A DNA stretch of 64,000 nucleotides from Candidatus Omnitrophota bacterium (GCA_043817155.1 JBDRHE010000008.1:1554-65553); one strand, 5' to 3'. Counted from the first letter of the stretch, positions 19,065 to 28,807 are shown. A program made the numbers and translations. Notes: generated by a model from the letters alone, not told the origin.

Positions 19065-19859
19065 ATGAAGCCCTTTCTATGGTTTGCCGTATCGGCCATA
19101 CTCTTCTTTATGCTGGCAAGGTATGTAGAGAGGAGTAATATATATTTTCCCATGAGAGCTATCAATACAACGCCGGATGCCGCTCGGCTCCAATATGAAG
19201 AGATCTATTTTGTTACCTCTGATAATATAAAATTACATAGCTGGTTCATCCCGGGTGATAAGACAAAAAAGACGATCCTCTTTTGTCACGGCAATGGCGG
19301 TAACATAAGCCACAGGGTGGAGAAGCTGTTATTCTTTCACAAGCTGGGGCTAAATACCTTTATATTCGATTATCGCGGTTATGGCATGAGCAAGGGGTCA
19401 CCTTCCGAGAGCGGTCTTTATGAAGATGCCCTTGCCGCTTACAGATATCTGATCAATGACAAGAAGATAGCTCGCGATCACATTATTCCTTATGGCGAAT
19501 CTTTGGGCGGGGCGGTTGCGATAGAGCTGGTAAAGCGGGAGAAACTTAAGGCCCTGATAACGGAGGAAGCGTTCACATCCGTTACAGAGATGGCCAGGAT
19601 AGTCTATCCGTTCCTTCCTCGTTTTGCGATATCGAGTAAATTCGACTCGATCTCCAAAATAGGAGAGATCGATTGTCCGAAACTCATTATTCACAGCGTA
19701 GACGACGAGATAGTGCCTTTCTCTTTGGGGGAAGCGCTCTTTGGCGCTGCTGCGCCGCCGAAGCAGCTCCTTGAAGTGAGAGGATCACATAACAATGCGT
19801 TCTTCGATTCATCGGATAAGATAGAGAAGGAACTTAAGGCGTTTTTGGATATGTTGTGA
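19065..19859 (+). CDS. Alpha/beta hydrolase
   Basis: N-terminal TM. HGNGGN, the nucleophile elbow GESLGG, and a D...H catalytic triad. Confidence 0.6.
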   Translation: MKPFLWFAVSAILFFMLARYVERSNIYFPMRAINTTPDAARLQYEEIYFVTSDNIKLHSWFIPGDKTKKTILFCHGNGGNISHRVEKLLFFHKLGLNTFIFDYRGYGMSKGSPSESGLYEDALAAYRYLINDKKIARDHIIPYGESLGGAVAIELVKREKLKALITEEAFTSVTEMARIVYPFLPRFAISSKFDSISKIGEIDCPKLIIHSVDDEIVPFSLGEALFGAAAPPKQLLEVRGSHNNAFFDSSDKIEKELKAFLDML

Positions 19860-19879
19860 GCAAGAACAAGGAGGACTAA

Positions 19880-20392
19880 ATGAAGAATGTTTGTCTATCG
19901 GTCCCGGTATTTTTAATTATGATGCTGGTAAGCAGCGTTTACGGCGCAGAGGACATAGTAGCCTTGTCGGATAAGTTTTACGGCGGCCTTGCAAGTACTA
20001 TAGAACGCTATATGGACGATCCTGATAAATGCGTAAGCGAAGTCGAAGCGTATTACCAGAATAATCAAGCGCTGGCCGCAAAGATAAAAGAGGCTACGGA
20101 AAAAGCAATGGCCCAGATCGCTCCTATGATGGATGAGTATATGGAGATGAGCCAGAAGGCCATGGATGAAGAGATGACCGACGAGGAGATCATGGCTCTT
20201 GAAAATAAGTGGAAGGCGAAGGGTATCCAGCAGAAGCCTCGCGACCCGTCTCCTGGAATGGCCCGCTACTCGGACGCCATGAATGCTTTTTCGGCAAAGC
20301 ACCCTTTTAGAGGTATGAAGATCGCCGGTTTTGCAATGAAACTCGTGCCCGGGTTCGGCCAGGGCATGGCGCAGGATGAGTCTCGCCGATAG
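19880..20392 (+). CDS. Hypothetical secreted Met/Glu-rich protein
   Basis: Signal peptide, then low-complexity MDEYMEMSQKAMDEEMTDEE. Confidence 0.4.
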   Translation: MKNVCLSVPVFLIMMLVSSVYGAEDIVALSDKFYGGLASTIERYMDDPDKCVSEVEAYYQNNQALAAKIKEATEKAMAQIAPMMDEYMEMSQKAMDEEMTDEEIMALENKWKAKGIQQKPRDPSPGMARYSDAMNAFSAKHPFRGMKIAGFAMKLVPGFGQGMAQDESRR

Positions 20393-20875
20393 ATGAGAAA
20401 CTTTACTACCGGGAATATACCGAAGCATTTAGCTTCATTTTCGCTTCCTATATTACTGGCCGATTTTTTTCAATCTATCTATATTGTTGTTGACGCAGTA
20501 TGGGTAGGCAGGCTTCTTGGCTATGAGGCCCTTGCCTCGATCTCTATAAGCTTTCCTATCGTATTCTTCCTCTTCTCCGTAATCATTGGTCTGGGCGTAG
20601 GTAGTAATATACTTGTAGGGCAATCCTACGGAGCGGATAACACAAGCCTATTATCGAAAGTATTGGTGAACTCATTTATCGCTATTATAGCGATATCCGT
20701 TCTTCTGACGATCGTGGGAATCGTCATAAGCAAACCGCTACTCGGCCTTATTAATACACCGGAGGCCCTAAAGGCGGGGGCGCATGTCTACCTCATTATA
20801 ATGCTTGCAGGCCTCGTTATAAGAGCTCTCTACATAAGGAAGAATCACGGGGTATATACCGCAATATACGCTTGA
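20393..20875 (+). pseudogene. MATE-family efflux transporter, N-terminal 160-aa remnant
   Basis: A MATE N-terminus (PILLADFFQSIYIVVDAVWVGRLLG) that stops after about 4 TMs. Full-length MATE proteins are about 450 aa, and the next gene starts 40 bp later. Confidence 0.55.
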
Positions 20876-20915
20876 CTAGAAAGACTAAATGATTACAATA
20901 TATTAAGGGGTTATT

Positions 20916-21881
20916 ATGAAAATAAGAGAGTTCATAGATAATAACTATAAGCATTTTAACGCCGCGGTTGTGCGCGAAGCAGCTTTAGGGTGGGTGAACC
21001 ATCTTAAATCTGATGGAAAGATGTTCCTTGCCATGGCGGGTGCGTTAAGTACCGGTGAGATAGGGATCTCGCTTGGAGAGATGATAAGGCGCGATAAGGT
21101 GCACGGTATTTCATGTACGCCCGCTAACCTGGAGGAGGACCTCTTTAATTTAGTTGCCCACAAACACTATAGGAGGATACCGGATTATCGCAGTTTATCT
21201 CCGGCCCAAGAGCTGGAGCTCAGGAACGCCCATTTGAACCGTGTAACCGATACATGCATACCGGAAGGAGAGGCTATAAGGAGATTGGGAGAGGTTCTCT
21301 ACCCACTTTGGAAGGAGTCCGAAGATAAGGGTGAGCGTTTCTTCCCGTATGAATTCATGTATAAGGCCGTGAGGAGCGGTAAACTGAAAGAATATTACCA
21401 GATCGATCCTAAAAACAGCTGGGTTGTGGCTGCCTGCGAGAAAGAGATACCCATATTTACTCCAGGGTGGGAAGATTCTACTCTGGCAAATGGTTTGGTT
21501 GCGGAGGTGAAGTCCGGGAAGTTCAAGAACTTCAATTTCATAAAGAGCGGCCTTGAACAGATGGACTACCTGATCGACTGGTACCTTGACAAAACAAGAG
21601 ATTCTTCGATGGGGTTCTTCCAGATAGGGGGCGGGATAGCAGGAGATTTCCCGATATGCGTCGTTCCTCTCATAAGACAGGATCTTAAGAAAGATTGCCG
21701 CGTATGGGGATATTTTTGTCAGATTAGCGATAGTACCACCTCTTATGGTTCATATAGCGGCGCAGTGCCGAATGAGAAGATAACCTGGGAGAAGCTCGGG
21801 GTGGAGACCCCGAGATTTATTATAGAATCCGACGCGAGCATTGTAGCGCCGCTTATATTCGAATACGTACTCGGGCATTAA
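20916..21881 (+). CDS. Deoxyhypusine-synthase-like protein (DHS family)
   Basis: 321 aa. Conserved DHS-like segments (GISCTPANLEEDLFNLV, the NAD-binding glycine region and the C-terminal FEYVLG). Bacterial DHS-like enzymes can act as homospermidine synthases. Confidence 0.5.
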   Translation: MKIREFIDNNYKHFNAAVVREAALGWVNHLKSDGKMFLAMAGALSTGEIGISLGEMIRRDKVHGISCTPANLEEDLFNLVAHKHYRRIPDYRSLSPAQELELRNAHLNRVTDTCIPEGEAIRRLGEVLYPLWKESEDKGERFFPYEFMYKAVRSGKLKEYYQIDPKNSWVVAACEKEIPIFTPGWEDSTLANGLVAEVKSGKFKNFNFIKSGLEQMDYLIDWYLDKTRDSSMGFFQIGGGIAGDFPICVVPLIRQDLKKDCRVWGYFCQISDSTTSYGSYSGAVPNEKITWEKLGVETPRFIIESDASIVAPLIFEYVLGH

Positions 21882-21922
21882 AATAAGTGCACCGGTGCAC
21901 AGGCCACAAGAGCGCCAGAGAT

Positions 21923-22493
21923 ATGATTAAGGAATTAATTATCAGGAACCGCAGTTACAGGCGTTTTTATCAAGATCACGTTATTGATCGTAAGGTGTTG
22001 GAGGATCTTGTTGACCTGGCCAGACTCTCTTCTTCCGCAGCCAACTTGCAGCCGCTCAAGTTTATCTTATCAGCTAAACCGGATAAGAATTCTTCGATAT
22101 TCCCGAATTTAAAATGGGCCGGGTATTTAAAAGATTGGCACGGACCGGAAGAGGGCGAAAGGCCATCGGCTTACATAGTGGTACTACAGGACACTAATAT
22201 CAGCAAGAATCCCGAATGTGATCACGGGGATAGCGGCAGCGGTAATACTACTTGGCGCCGTAGAGAAAGGTTTAGGCGGATGTATTCTCGGGGCGATAGA
22301 TCGGGAGGGCATACGCGGCGCCCTCGAGATCGAAAACCGCTTTGCGGTACTCCTTGTCATTGCGCTGGGGAAACCTAAAGAGAGAGTGGCGCTCGAGACG
22401 GCCAAAGATGCGTCCGACATAAAATATTGGCGCACTGAGGACGGTGTGCATCATGTGCCAAAGCGGAGGCTGAAGGATATTATTATTAACTGA
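21923..22493 (+). pseudogene. Nitroreductase-family gene carrying a frameshift near 22215-22230 (or a sequencing error)
   Basis: The N-terminal half (MIKELIIRNRSYRRF...LSSSAANLQP) is in one frame. The C-terminal half (ITGIAAAVILLGAVEKGLGGCILGAIDREGIR...) continues in another frame (ORF 22218-22493). Confidence 0.55.
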
Positions 22494-22494
22494 T

Positions 22495-22915
22495 AAAGCA
22501 AAACGGTGCTAGCTCGTCTTTGCGAGGTGCCGTAATATGCTAAGCGCACTGAAACAATTGTTTCTCCCCTCGTCTTTGCGAGGTGCCGTAAATAAGTTAG
22601 CGCACCGAAGCAATCTCAAACTAGCTCGAATGAGATTGCCTGCCTGCCCGCCAAAGCTTTTAAATGGCAGGCGGGCCTGCCAGTATATTTCGGGCAGGCA
22701 GGCTTCGGCACGTTCGAATATTCCGGTGCCTCGCAAAGACGAGGTAAGCTTGAGATTGCTTCGGCACGTTCGAATATTCCGGTGCCTCGCAAAGACGAGG
22801 TAAGCAGAGATTGTCCCGCCGTTACTTTCGCATGGCGGGATCCCGCCATGCGAAGCATGCGACGGGGCTTCGGCACGTTCGAATATTCCGGTGCCTCGCA
22901 AAGACGAATAGAAGA
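22495..22915. repeat. Composite cluster of small palindromic repeats (about-50-bp double-hairpin units in both orientations, three direct copies, a CCTGCCTGCC palindrome, and a CCCGCCGTTACTTTCG...GGCGGGATCCCGCC unit)
   Basis: GCTTCGGCACGTTCGAATATTCCGGTGCCTCGCAAAGACGAGGTAAGC occurs at 22700, 22755 and 22865. Inverted copies lie at 22515 and 22560. Confidence 0.8.
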
Positions 22916-22921
22916 AAAAAT

Positions 22922-24088
22922 ATGAATAACTTTATATACCACGTCCCCACAAGAATATATTTCGGTAAAGGCCAGGTAAAGGCGCTTAAAGGTGAATTGG
23001 AAGGCCGCGTTAAGAAAGTACTGATAGTTACCGGCCAGGGGAGCGTTAAGAAGAATGGTATATTTGATAATGTCCAAAGGGAGGTAAGGAACGCAAAGGT
23101 CAATTTTGTCGAGCTATCCGGTATCAAACCCAACCCGCGCCTTAAAAGTGTTTATGAAGGTATAGAGATTTGCAGGAAGGAATCCGTAGATTTCATACTG
23201 GCAGTAGGGGGTGGCAGCGTTATCGATGCTTCAAAAGCCATAGCTGCCGGGGTGAACTATACAGGCGACGTATGGGATTTCTTTGAAAAAGGGATCGAAT
23301 GCAAAAAGGCGCTGCCCGTTGGCACGGTTCTTACGCTCGCGGCGACAGGGACGGAGATGAACATGCATACTGTCATTTCTAAAGAGGATACCGAGCGCAA
23401 ACTCTCGCTTAGTTGTCCCCTATTAAGGCCCGAGTTTTCCGTGTTGGACCCGGAATATACGTATAGTGTAAACAGATATCACACGGCTGCCGGAATCGTA
23501 GATATAATGGCGCATATATTTGAGGAGTATTTTAGCGAACCGAGTTCGGCTTATGTGCCGGACAGGATAGCGGAAGCGCTTTTAAGGACGTGCATACATT
23601 ATGGGCCTGTTGCGTGTGAAAAGCCTCGTGATTATAATGCAAGAGCCAACCTTTTATGGGCGGGTAGCCTTGCTTTAAATGGCCTATTGGGAGCCGGTAA
23701 GTGCGGGGATTGGGCCAGTCACTACATAGAACATGAGGTAAGCGCGATCTATGATATAAGCCACGGGGTAGGGCTCGCAATTATCATTCCGAACTGGATG
23801 AGGCATGTTTTAAGCAAGCAGACCGAAAACAAGTTTGCGGAATTCGGGGCCAATGTCTGGGGCATCGAAAAGAGCGCGGATAAAGAGGGAATGGCCAAAA
23901 GCGCTATCAGGAAGACGCGGGATTTCTTTAATTCGCTTGGGCTGCCTTCCACATTTGATGAGGTTGGGGTTCCCAAGGACCGGTTCAAGGATATGGCGAA
24001 GAACGCCAAAAGATCCATAGGCGAGATCGGGTCGTTCAAGAAGCTATCGGAGAAGGACATCATCGATATCCTGGAAGAGGCGCACTAA
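22922..24088 (+). CDS. Iron-containing (group III) alcohol dehydrogenase
   Basis: Fe-ADH motifs (GGGSVIDASKAIAAG, the metal-ligand His cluster HG.G...). 388 aa from MNNFIYHVPTRIYFGKGQ. Confidence 0.75.
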   Translation: MNNFIYHVPTRIYFGKGQVKALKGELEGRVKKVLIVTGQGSVKKNGIFDNVQREVRNAKVNFVELSGIKPNPRLKSVYEGIEICRKESVDFILAVGGGSVIDASKAIAAGVNYTGDVWDFFEKGIECKKALPVGTVLTLAATGTEMNMHTVISKEDTERKLSLSCPLLRPEFSVLDPEYTYSVNRYHTAAGIVDIMAHIFEEYFSEPSSAYVPDRIAEALLRTCIHYGPVACEKPRDYNARANLLWAGSLALNGLLGAGKCGDWASHYIEHEVSAIYDISHGVGLAIIIPNWMRHVLSKQTENKFAEFGANVWGIEKSADKEGMAKSAIRKTRDFFNSLGLPSTFDEVGVPKDRFKDMAKNAKRSIGEIGSFKKLSEKDIIDILEEAH

Positions 24089-24123
24089 CCTTTAAACGCC
24101 AACCTTGTAGCGAAAGTTTATTC

Positions 24124-24642
24124 ATGAAGCCATCAAGACATATAGCCGCTTCAATAGCCCTTGGAACACTGTTCTGGTTTATTACTAGATCCATATCCGC
24201 GGGCGCTATATGCTGTTTATCGGGTATTATGGTTGATACCGATCATATAATAGAGTGGCTAATGCATTACGGTTGGAAGGGTCTTACGTATAGTAACATA
24301 TATAAGGAGAGCGAAGATACCTATACGAACATATGCAAGGAGAGAGAAGATACCTATAAGAACATATGCAAGGAGAGCGAAGATACCTATGGGCCGGGAA
24401 TGGGCGGGTTTAAGAGATTGTACCTGGTATTTCATAGCGCGGAGTTAATAATTCTTTTCTGGATACTAGCCTTTGTTACAGAGAATATTTATGTCTTTGC
24501 CATCGCGCTCGGCCATTCTTCGCATGTGGCGCTTGACTATATTGGGAACGAAGGGCATCTATTCGCCTATTTCTGGATATGGCGATTCGTGCATAAATTC
24601 AATATCGAAAAGATGCAAAGACGAAAGAAAGGGCGTGCTTAA
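24124..24642 (+). CDS. Hypothetical membrane protein with a 3x 11-aa tandem repeat
   Basis: YKESEDTYTNICKEREDTYKNICKESEDTY is encoded by a 33-bp DNA tandem repeat at 24301-24390. Confidence 0.45.
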   Translation: MKPSRHIAASIALGTLFWFITRSISAGAICCLSGIMVDTDHIIEWLMHYGWKGLTYSNIYKESEDTYTNICKEREDTYKNICKESEDTYGPGMGGFKRLYLVFHSAELIILFWILAFVTENIYVFAIALGHSSHVALDYIGNEGHLFAYFWIWRFVHKFNIEKMQRRKKGRA

Positions 24643-24644
24643 CG

Positions 24645-25139
24645 ATGGAGACATTTAAGTCTATAGCCGGGAGAGCGAGTATAAGGGCATACCGAAAAGG
24701 GGAAATTGAAATAGCGCTTTTGGAGAAGCTGGTCGATGCCGGCCGGAGGGCACCTACAGCCAGAGCCATAGAGCCATGGGAATTCGTGGTTATAGTAGAT
24801 AGAGAAACTCTTAATAAGCTCGGCGACATTGCGAATACAGGAAGTTTCATAAAGAGCGCCGCTGCATGTATAGCTGTTTTATGCAAGGAGACCAAATATT
24901 ATCTTGAAGACGGATGCGCTGCCACAGAGAACATATTGCTTCTGGCCAAAGACTTTGGATTAGGCGCTTGTTGGGTAGCCGGCGATAAGAAGCCTTACGC
25001 GCAGAGCGTTCTTGACCTCCTGGGCGCTCCGTCGGGACTTAAGCTCGTAAGCTTAATATCCCTGGGTTGGCCAAAGGAAGAGAGAAAACAGGTAAAGAAG
25101 CGGCCGCTCAAAGACGTAATTCACTGGAATAGGTTCTGA
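24645..25139 (+). CDS. Nitroreductase-family protein
   Basis: SIRAYRKGEI, RRAPTARAIEPWEF, and C-terminal GWPKEE. Confidence 0.65.
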   Translation: METFKSIAGRASIRAYRKGEIEIALLEKLVDAGRRAPTARAIEPWEFVVIVDRETLNKLGDIANTGSFIKSAAACIAVLCKETKYYLEDGCAATENILLLAKDFGLGACWVAGDKKPYAQSVLDLLGAPSGLKLVSLISLGWPKEERKQVKKRPLKDVIHWNRF

Positions 25140-25141
25140 AT

Positions 25142-26269
25142 ATGGAGAAGGTCGATATCACGATCATCGGCGCCGGCGTTATAGGCTTAGCGATCGCATA
25201 CGTACTTTCAGAGTTTAGTAAAGACATAACAGTGATAGAAAGGAACCGGTCATTTGGGCAGGAGACGAGTTCAAGAAATTCAGAGGTAATTCACTCAGGG
25301 ATCTACTATCCCAAAGGCACTCTTAAGGAAGAGACGTGTATAAGGGGACGAGAACTGCTTTATGAACTATGCTCAAAACATAATATTCCGCACAGGAGAC
25401 TCGGTAAGCTAATAGTGGCTTCCGGGGAGAAGGATATAGGCAAGCTCGAAGAGATATATAATAATGCATCGGAATGCGGGGTTAAGAACTTAAGGTTCCT
25501 GGACAAGGGCCAGATCAAAAGGCTGGAGCCGCGTATCGATGCAGAGAAGGCTCTCTTCTCCCCGGATACGGGCATAGTTGACACCCATAGCTTGATGCAG
25601 TTCTTTTTTGGCAGGGCAAAAGAACGTAATGTTAATTTTGCATTTTCTGTAGAAGCTGTAAAGATCAAAAGAGAGAACTCATTCTATGAGATCACCGTGC
25701 GCGAGCCGACAGGGGATAACTTCTCCTTTCAGAGCGGGTACGTTATAAATTCTGCAGGCCTCGTGTCTGACAAAATCGCTGAGCTTGCCGGGATAAATAT
25801 AGAAAAGAACAATTATAAGATCCATTATTGCAAAGGGACGTATTACAGGATAAGAGATCCTAAGAAGTTTTCCATAGAACACCTGATATATCCGCCGCCC
25901 AAAGAGACCGATCTCGGTATCCATGTTACACCGGATCTGGCCGGGGGCCTTAGGCTGGGGCCGGATGCCGAGTATGTTAAAGATATAGAATACAATGTAG
26001 AGGAAGCGGGTAGGGCAAAGTTCTTCGATTCCGTATCAAAACTCTTGGTTTCACTCGAGCAAGATGATCTGATACCTGATACGGCGGGTATCAGGCCAAA
26101 GCTCCAGGGAGTGGGCGAAGGATTTCGCGATTTTGTTATTAAGGATGAGGCGGATCTTGGGCTCCCACGGTTTATAGACCTGATCGGCATCGAATCACCA
26201 GGCCTTACAAGCTGCCTTGCCATAGCGGGCCTGGTAAAGGATCTTGTGAAAGGATCGATAAATGATTAA
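25142..26269 (+). CDS. FAD-dependent oxidoreductase (L-2-hydroxyglutarate oxidase/LhgO-like)
   Basis: N-terminal GxGxxG DITIIGAGVIGLAIA. Size and motifs fit the DAO-family LhgO group. Confidence 0.55.
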   Translation: MEKVDITIIGAGVIGLAIAYVLSEFSKDITVIERNRSFGQETSSRNSEVIHSGIYYPKGTLKEETCIRGRELLYELCSKHNIPHRRLGKLIVASGEKDIGKLEEIYNNASECGVKNLRFLDKGQIKRLEPRIDAEKALFSPDTGIVDTHSLMQFFFGRAKERNVNFAFSVEAVKIKRENSFYEITVREPTGDNFSFQSGYVINSAGLVSDKIAELAGINIEKNNYKIHYCKGTYYRIRDPKKFSIEHLIYPPPKETDLGIHVTPDLAGGLRLGPDAEYVKDIEYNVEEAGRAKFFDSVSKLLVSLEQDDLIPDTAGIRPKLQGVGEGFRDFVIKDEADLGLPRFIDLIGIESPGLTSCLAIAGLVKDLVKGSIND

Positions 26270-26741
26270 GCACTCTCTTAAGATCGGATTCAGCTTTGGC
26301 CTCACTTCCGGGATCATCACAACGCTCGGGCTCATGGTAGGCCTTAGCGCAGGTACCAACTCTAAACTGGCGGTTATCGGGGGCATACTGACCATAGCCA
26401 TAGCCGATGCATTTTCGGATGCGCTTGGCATTCATGTATCTGAAGAATCTGAGAATAAGCACACCCCAAAAGAGATATGGGTAGCGACCTTATCCACCTT
26501 CTTCTCGAAATTTATCATCGCTCTTACATTCCTTGTACCGGTCCTGGCATTCGATCTTACAAGCGCCATATTTATAAGCATTGTCTGGGGACTTGGCATG
26601 CTATGTTTCTTCAGCTATAAGATGGCTTTAGAACAGAAAGAGTCGCCGTGGCGGGTGGTGGGGGAACATGTCGCGATAGCAGCAGTGGTCATCATCTTGA
26701 CAAACTTGGCCGGAAACTGGATATCCGCTATATTAAGGTAA
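26262..26741 (+). CDS. Small integral membrane protein (possibly VIT1/CCC1-like)
   Basis: 4-5 TM helices. Weak similarity of GLMVGLSAGT...GGILTIAIADAFSD to VIT-family C-terminal domains. Confidence 0.35.
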   Translation: MIKHSLKIGFSFGLTSGIITTLGLMVGLSAGTNSKLAVIGGILTIAIADAFSDALGIHVSEESENKHTPKEIWVATLSTFFSKFIIALTFLVPVLAFDLTSAIFISIVWGLGMLCFFSYKMALEQKESPWRVVGEHVAIAAVVIILTNLAGNWISAILR

Positions 26742-26758
26742 AGAGCAAAATACGTAAT

Positions 26759-26943
26759 GGGTGAGTAAACAGGGGTAGTTTCCGTTTGTCATTCCCACAT
26801 CTTCCCACATGTCATCCCCGCGGAAGCGGGGATCCAGAGTGTCCTCGTCGAAAGTACATCCATGGATTCCCGCCTGCCTGCTTGCCGCAGGCGGGCAGGC
26901 TTGCGCGGGAATGACAGAGAAAAAACCCATGAAGACTCGCCCA
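26759..26943. repeat. MITE-like palindromic element, copy A
   Basis: GGGTGAGTAAAC ... GTCATCCCCGCGGAAGCGGGGATCC ... GGATTCCCGCCTGCCTGCTTGCCGCAGGCGGGCAGGCTTGCGCGGGAATGACA ... GAAGACTCGCCC. The termini GGGTGAGT and ACTCGCCC are inverted. Confidence 0.7.
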
Positions 26944-27130
26944 ACGCAAAAATATTCCGAAAAATATCCCAAAATAGCTTGACACCCAAGGCCCATTTTT
27001 GATATAATTCTGAAACTGTAAAAAATACAGGACAAAGGCGTCCTCGCGTGGGGACGCCTGTTTTATTCTATATCGTGTTTAGAAATTGAGCATAATATGA
27101 ATAAAGTATAAGCGAAGAAGGAGGGTAACG

Positions 27131-28723
27131 ATGAATCTACAAAGGCCTAACGCAAATGATGCAACGAGGACCACCAACCGCTCGAGGAGCGTTGTGCCGG
27201 GTTCAGGTATCTGTTCGCGCTGTATTGATGGCTGTAAGGGGAATTGCGAAGTTTTTAAAGCCTCTTTTAGGGGACGAGAAGTAATATATCCCGGTCCTTT
27301 CGGGGATGTGACCGCGGGCGGCGACAAGGATTACCCGGTCGATTATTCACACCTTAATATACAGGGCTATGCGCTTGGCGCAAAAGGTTTACCTGATGGT
27401 GTTGAGGCCGGGCCTGACACGACAAAGTTCCCTGATGTAGATACAGAGACCGAATACGGCTGGGACAAAAAAGTAAAGATGAAGGTCCCTATGTTTACCG
27501 GGGCCCTCGGCTCGACCGAGATAGCAAGAAAGAACTGGGAACACTTCGCAATAGGCGCCGCTATTTCAGGCGTTACCCTGGTTTGCGGAGAGAATGTATG
27601 CGGTATCGACCCGGGACTGGAACTGGATTCGAAGAAGAAGATAAAGAGCGCCCCGGACATGGACAGGCGCATTGAGGTGTACAAGAGATTTCACGAAGGT
27701 TACGGCGAGATCCTTGTGCAGATGAACGTTGAGGATACACGCTTGGGCGTAGCCGAGTATGTCATAAAGAAGCACAAGCTTGACACGATCGAACTTAAAT
27801 GGGGACAGGGCGCGAAGTGCATAGGCGGAGAGATCAAGGTAAACAGTCTCGAAAGAGCGCTCGAGCTTCAGAAGAGAGGTTATATTGTTACCCCTGATCC
27901 ATCTGTTAAATCAATCCAGGCAGCATTTAAAGAAGGCGCCATAAAGGAATTTGAGCGCCATTCCCGCCTCGGCTTTGTATCCGAAGAATCTTTCCTTGCG
28001 GAAGTCAAACGCTTAAGGGATCTCGGGTTCAAGCGCGTTACACTTAAGACGGGCGCATATTCGATGAGAGAACTTGCCATGGCCATTAAGTATAGCTCTC
28101 TGGCCAGGATAGATCTTCTCACAATCGACGGCGCACCGGGCGGAACAGGAATGAGCCCGTGGAGAATGATGGAAGAGTGGGGAATACCGACCTTCTATTT
28201 GCAATCTCTCGCCAACGAATTCTGCGATAAGCTAACTGCTAAGGGTATGCGTATACCTGATATTGCAATAGCCGGCGGGTTCTCATCCGAAGACCACATA
28301 TTCAAGGTACTTGCTATGGGCGCGCCTTATACAAAGGCTGTGTGTATGGGCAGGGCCCTTATGATACCGGGAATGGTCGGAAAGAATATGCAAGGATGGA
28401 TAGACTCAAAAGATCTTCCGAAGACCATTTCGGAATTTGGAAAGACCCCGGAAGAGATCTATGTCACATACGCTGAACTTAAAGAGAAATACGGCAAAGA
28501 CATCAAGCACATTCCTCTCGGAGCTATCGGTATATATACCTTCTCGCAGAAGATCAGGGTAGGACTCCAGCAGCTTATGGCAGGAAGCAGAAACTTCAAG
28601 ATCGACGCAATTGCTAGACAGGATGTTATGAGCCTGACTGAAGAGGCTGCCAAGGTCTCAGGGATCCCTTACATCATGGATGCTTACAGGGAAGAAGCTG
28701 AGATGGTCCTGGAAGGGAAATAG
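27131..28723 (+). CDS. FMN-binding glutamate-synthase-family protein (archaeal-type GltB domain-2 homolog) with an N-terminal Cys cluster
   Basis: CSRCIDGCKGNC (C-x2-C-x3-C-x3-C) at the N-terminus. GltS FMN-domain motifs GAPGGTGMSP ... IAIAGGFSSEDHIFKVLAMGAP. Confidence 0.65.
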   Translation: MNLQRPNANDATRTTNRSRSVVPGSGICSRCIDGCKGNCEVFKASFRGREVIYPGPFGDVTAGGDKDYPVDYSHLNIQGYALGAKGLPDGVEAGPDTTKFPDVDTETEYGWDKKVKMKVPMFTGALGSTEIARKNWEHFAIGAAISGVTLVCGENVCGIDPGLELDSKKKIKSAPDMDRRIEVYKRFHEGYGEILVQMNVEDTRLGVAEYVIKKHKLDTIELKWGQGAKCIGGEIKVNSLERALELQKRGYIVTPDPSVKSIQAAFKEGAIKEFERHSRLGFVSEESFLAEVKRLRDLGFKRVTLKTGAYSMRELAMAIKYSSLARIDLLTIDGAPGGTGMSPWRMMEEWGIPTFYLQSLANEFCDKLTAKGMRIPDIAIAGGFSSEDHIFKVLAMGAPYTKAVCMGRALMIPGMVGKNMQGWIDSKDLPKTISEFGKTPEEIYVTYAELKEKYGKDIKHIPLGAIGIYTFSQKIRVGLQQLMAGSRNFKIDAIARQDVMSLTEEAAKVSGIPYIMDAYREEAEMVLEGK

Positions 28724-28807
28724 ACTGTCGCTGTTAATGCCTAAAAATATATTGACTAAATAACACAAATTTGGTAAGCTGATCTCAACAAAGAAGTTTT
28801 AGGCAAT

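Noticed and set aside
22700-22915. Possible CRISPR array (direct repeats of about 47-57 bp at 22700, 22755 and 22865)
   Set aside because: The repeats are separated by only 8-9 bp or by another repeat family rather than by unique spacers of comparable length. Copies are degenerate and occur in both orientations elsewhere. No cas genes are present. The pattern fits REP/BIME-like tandem palindromic units better.
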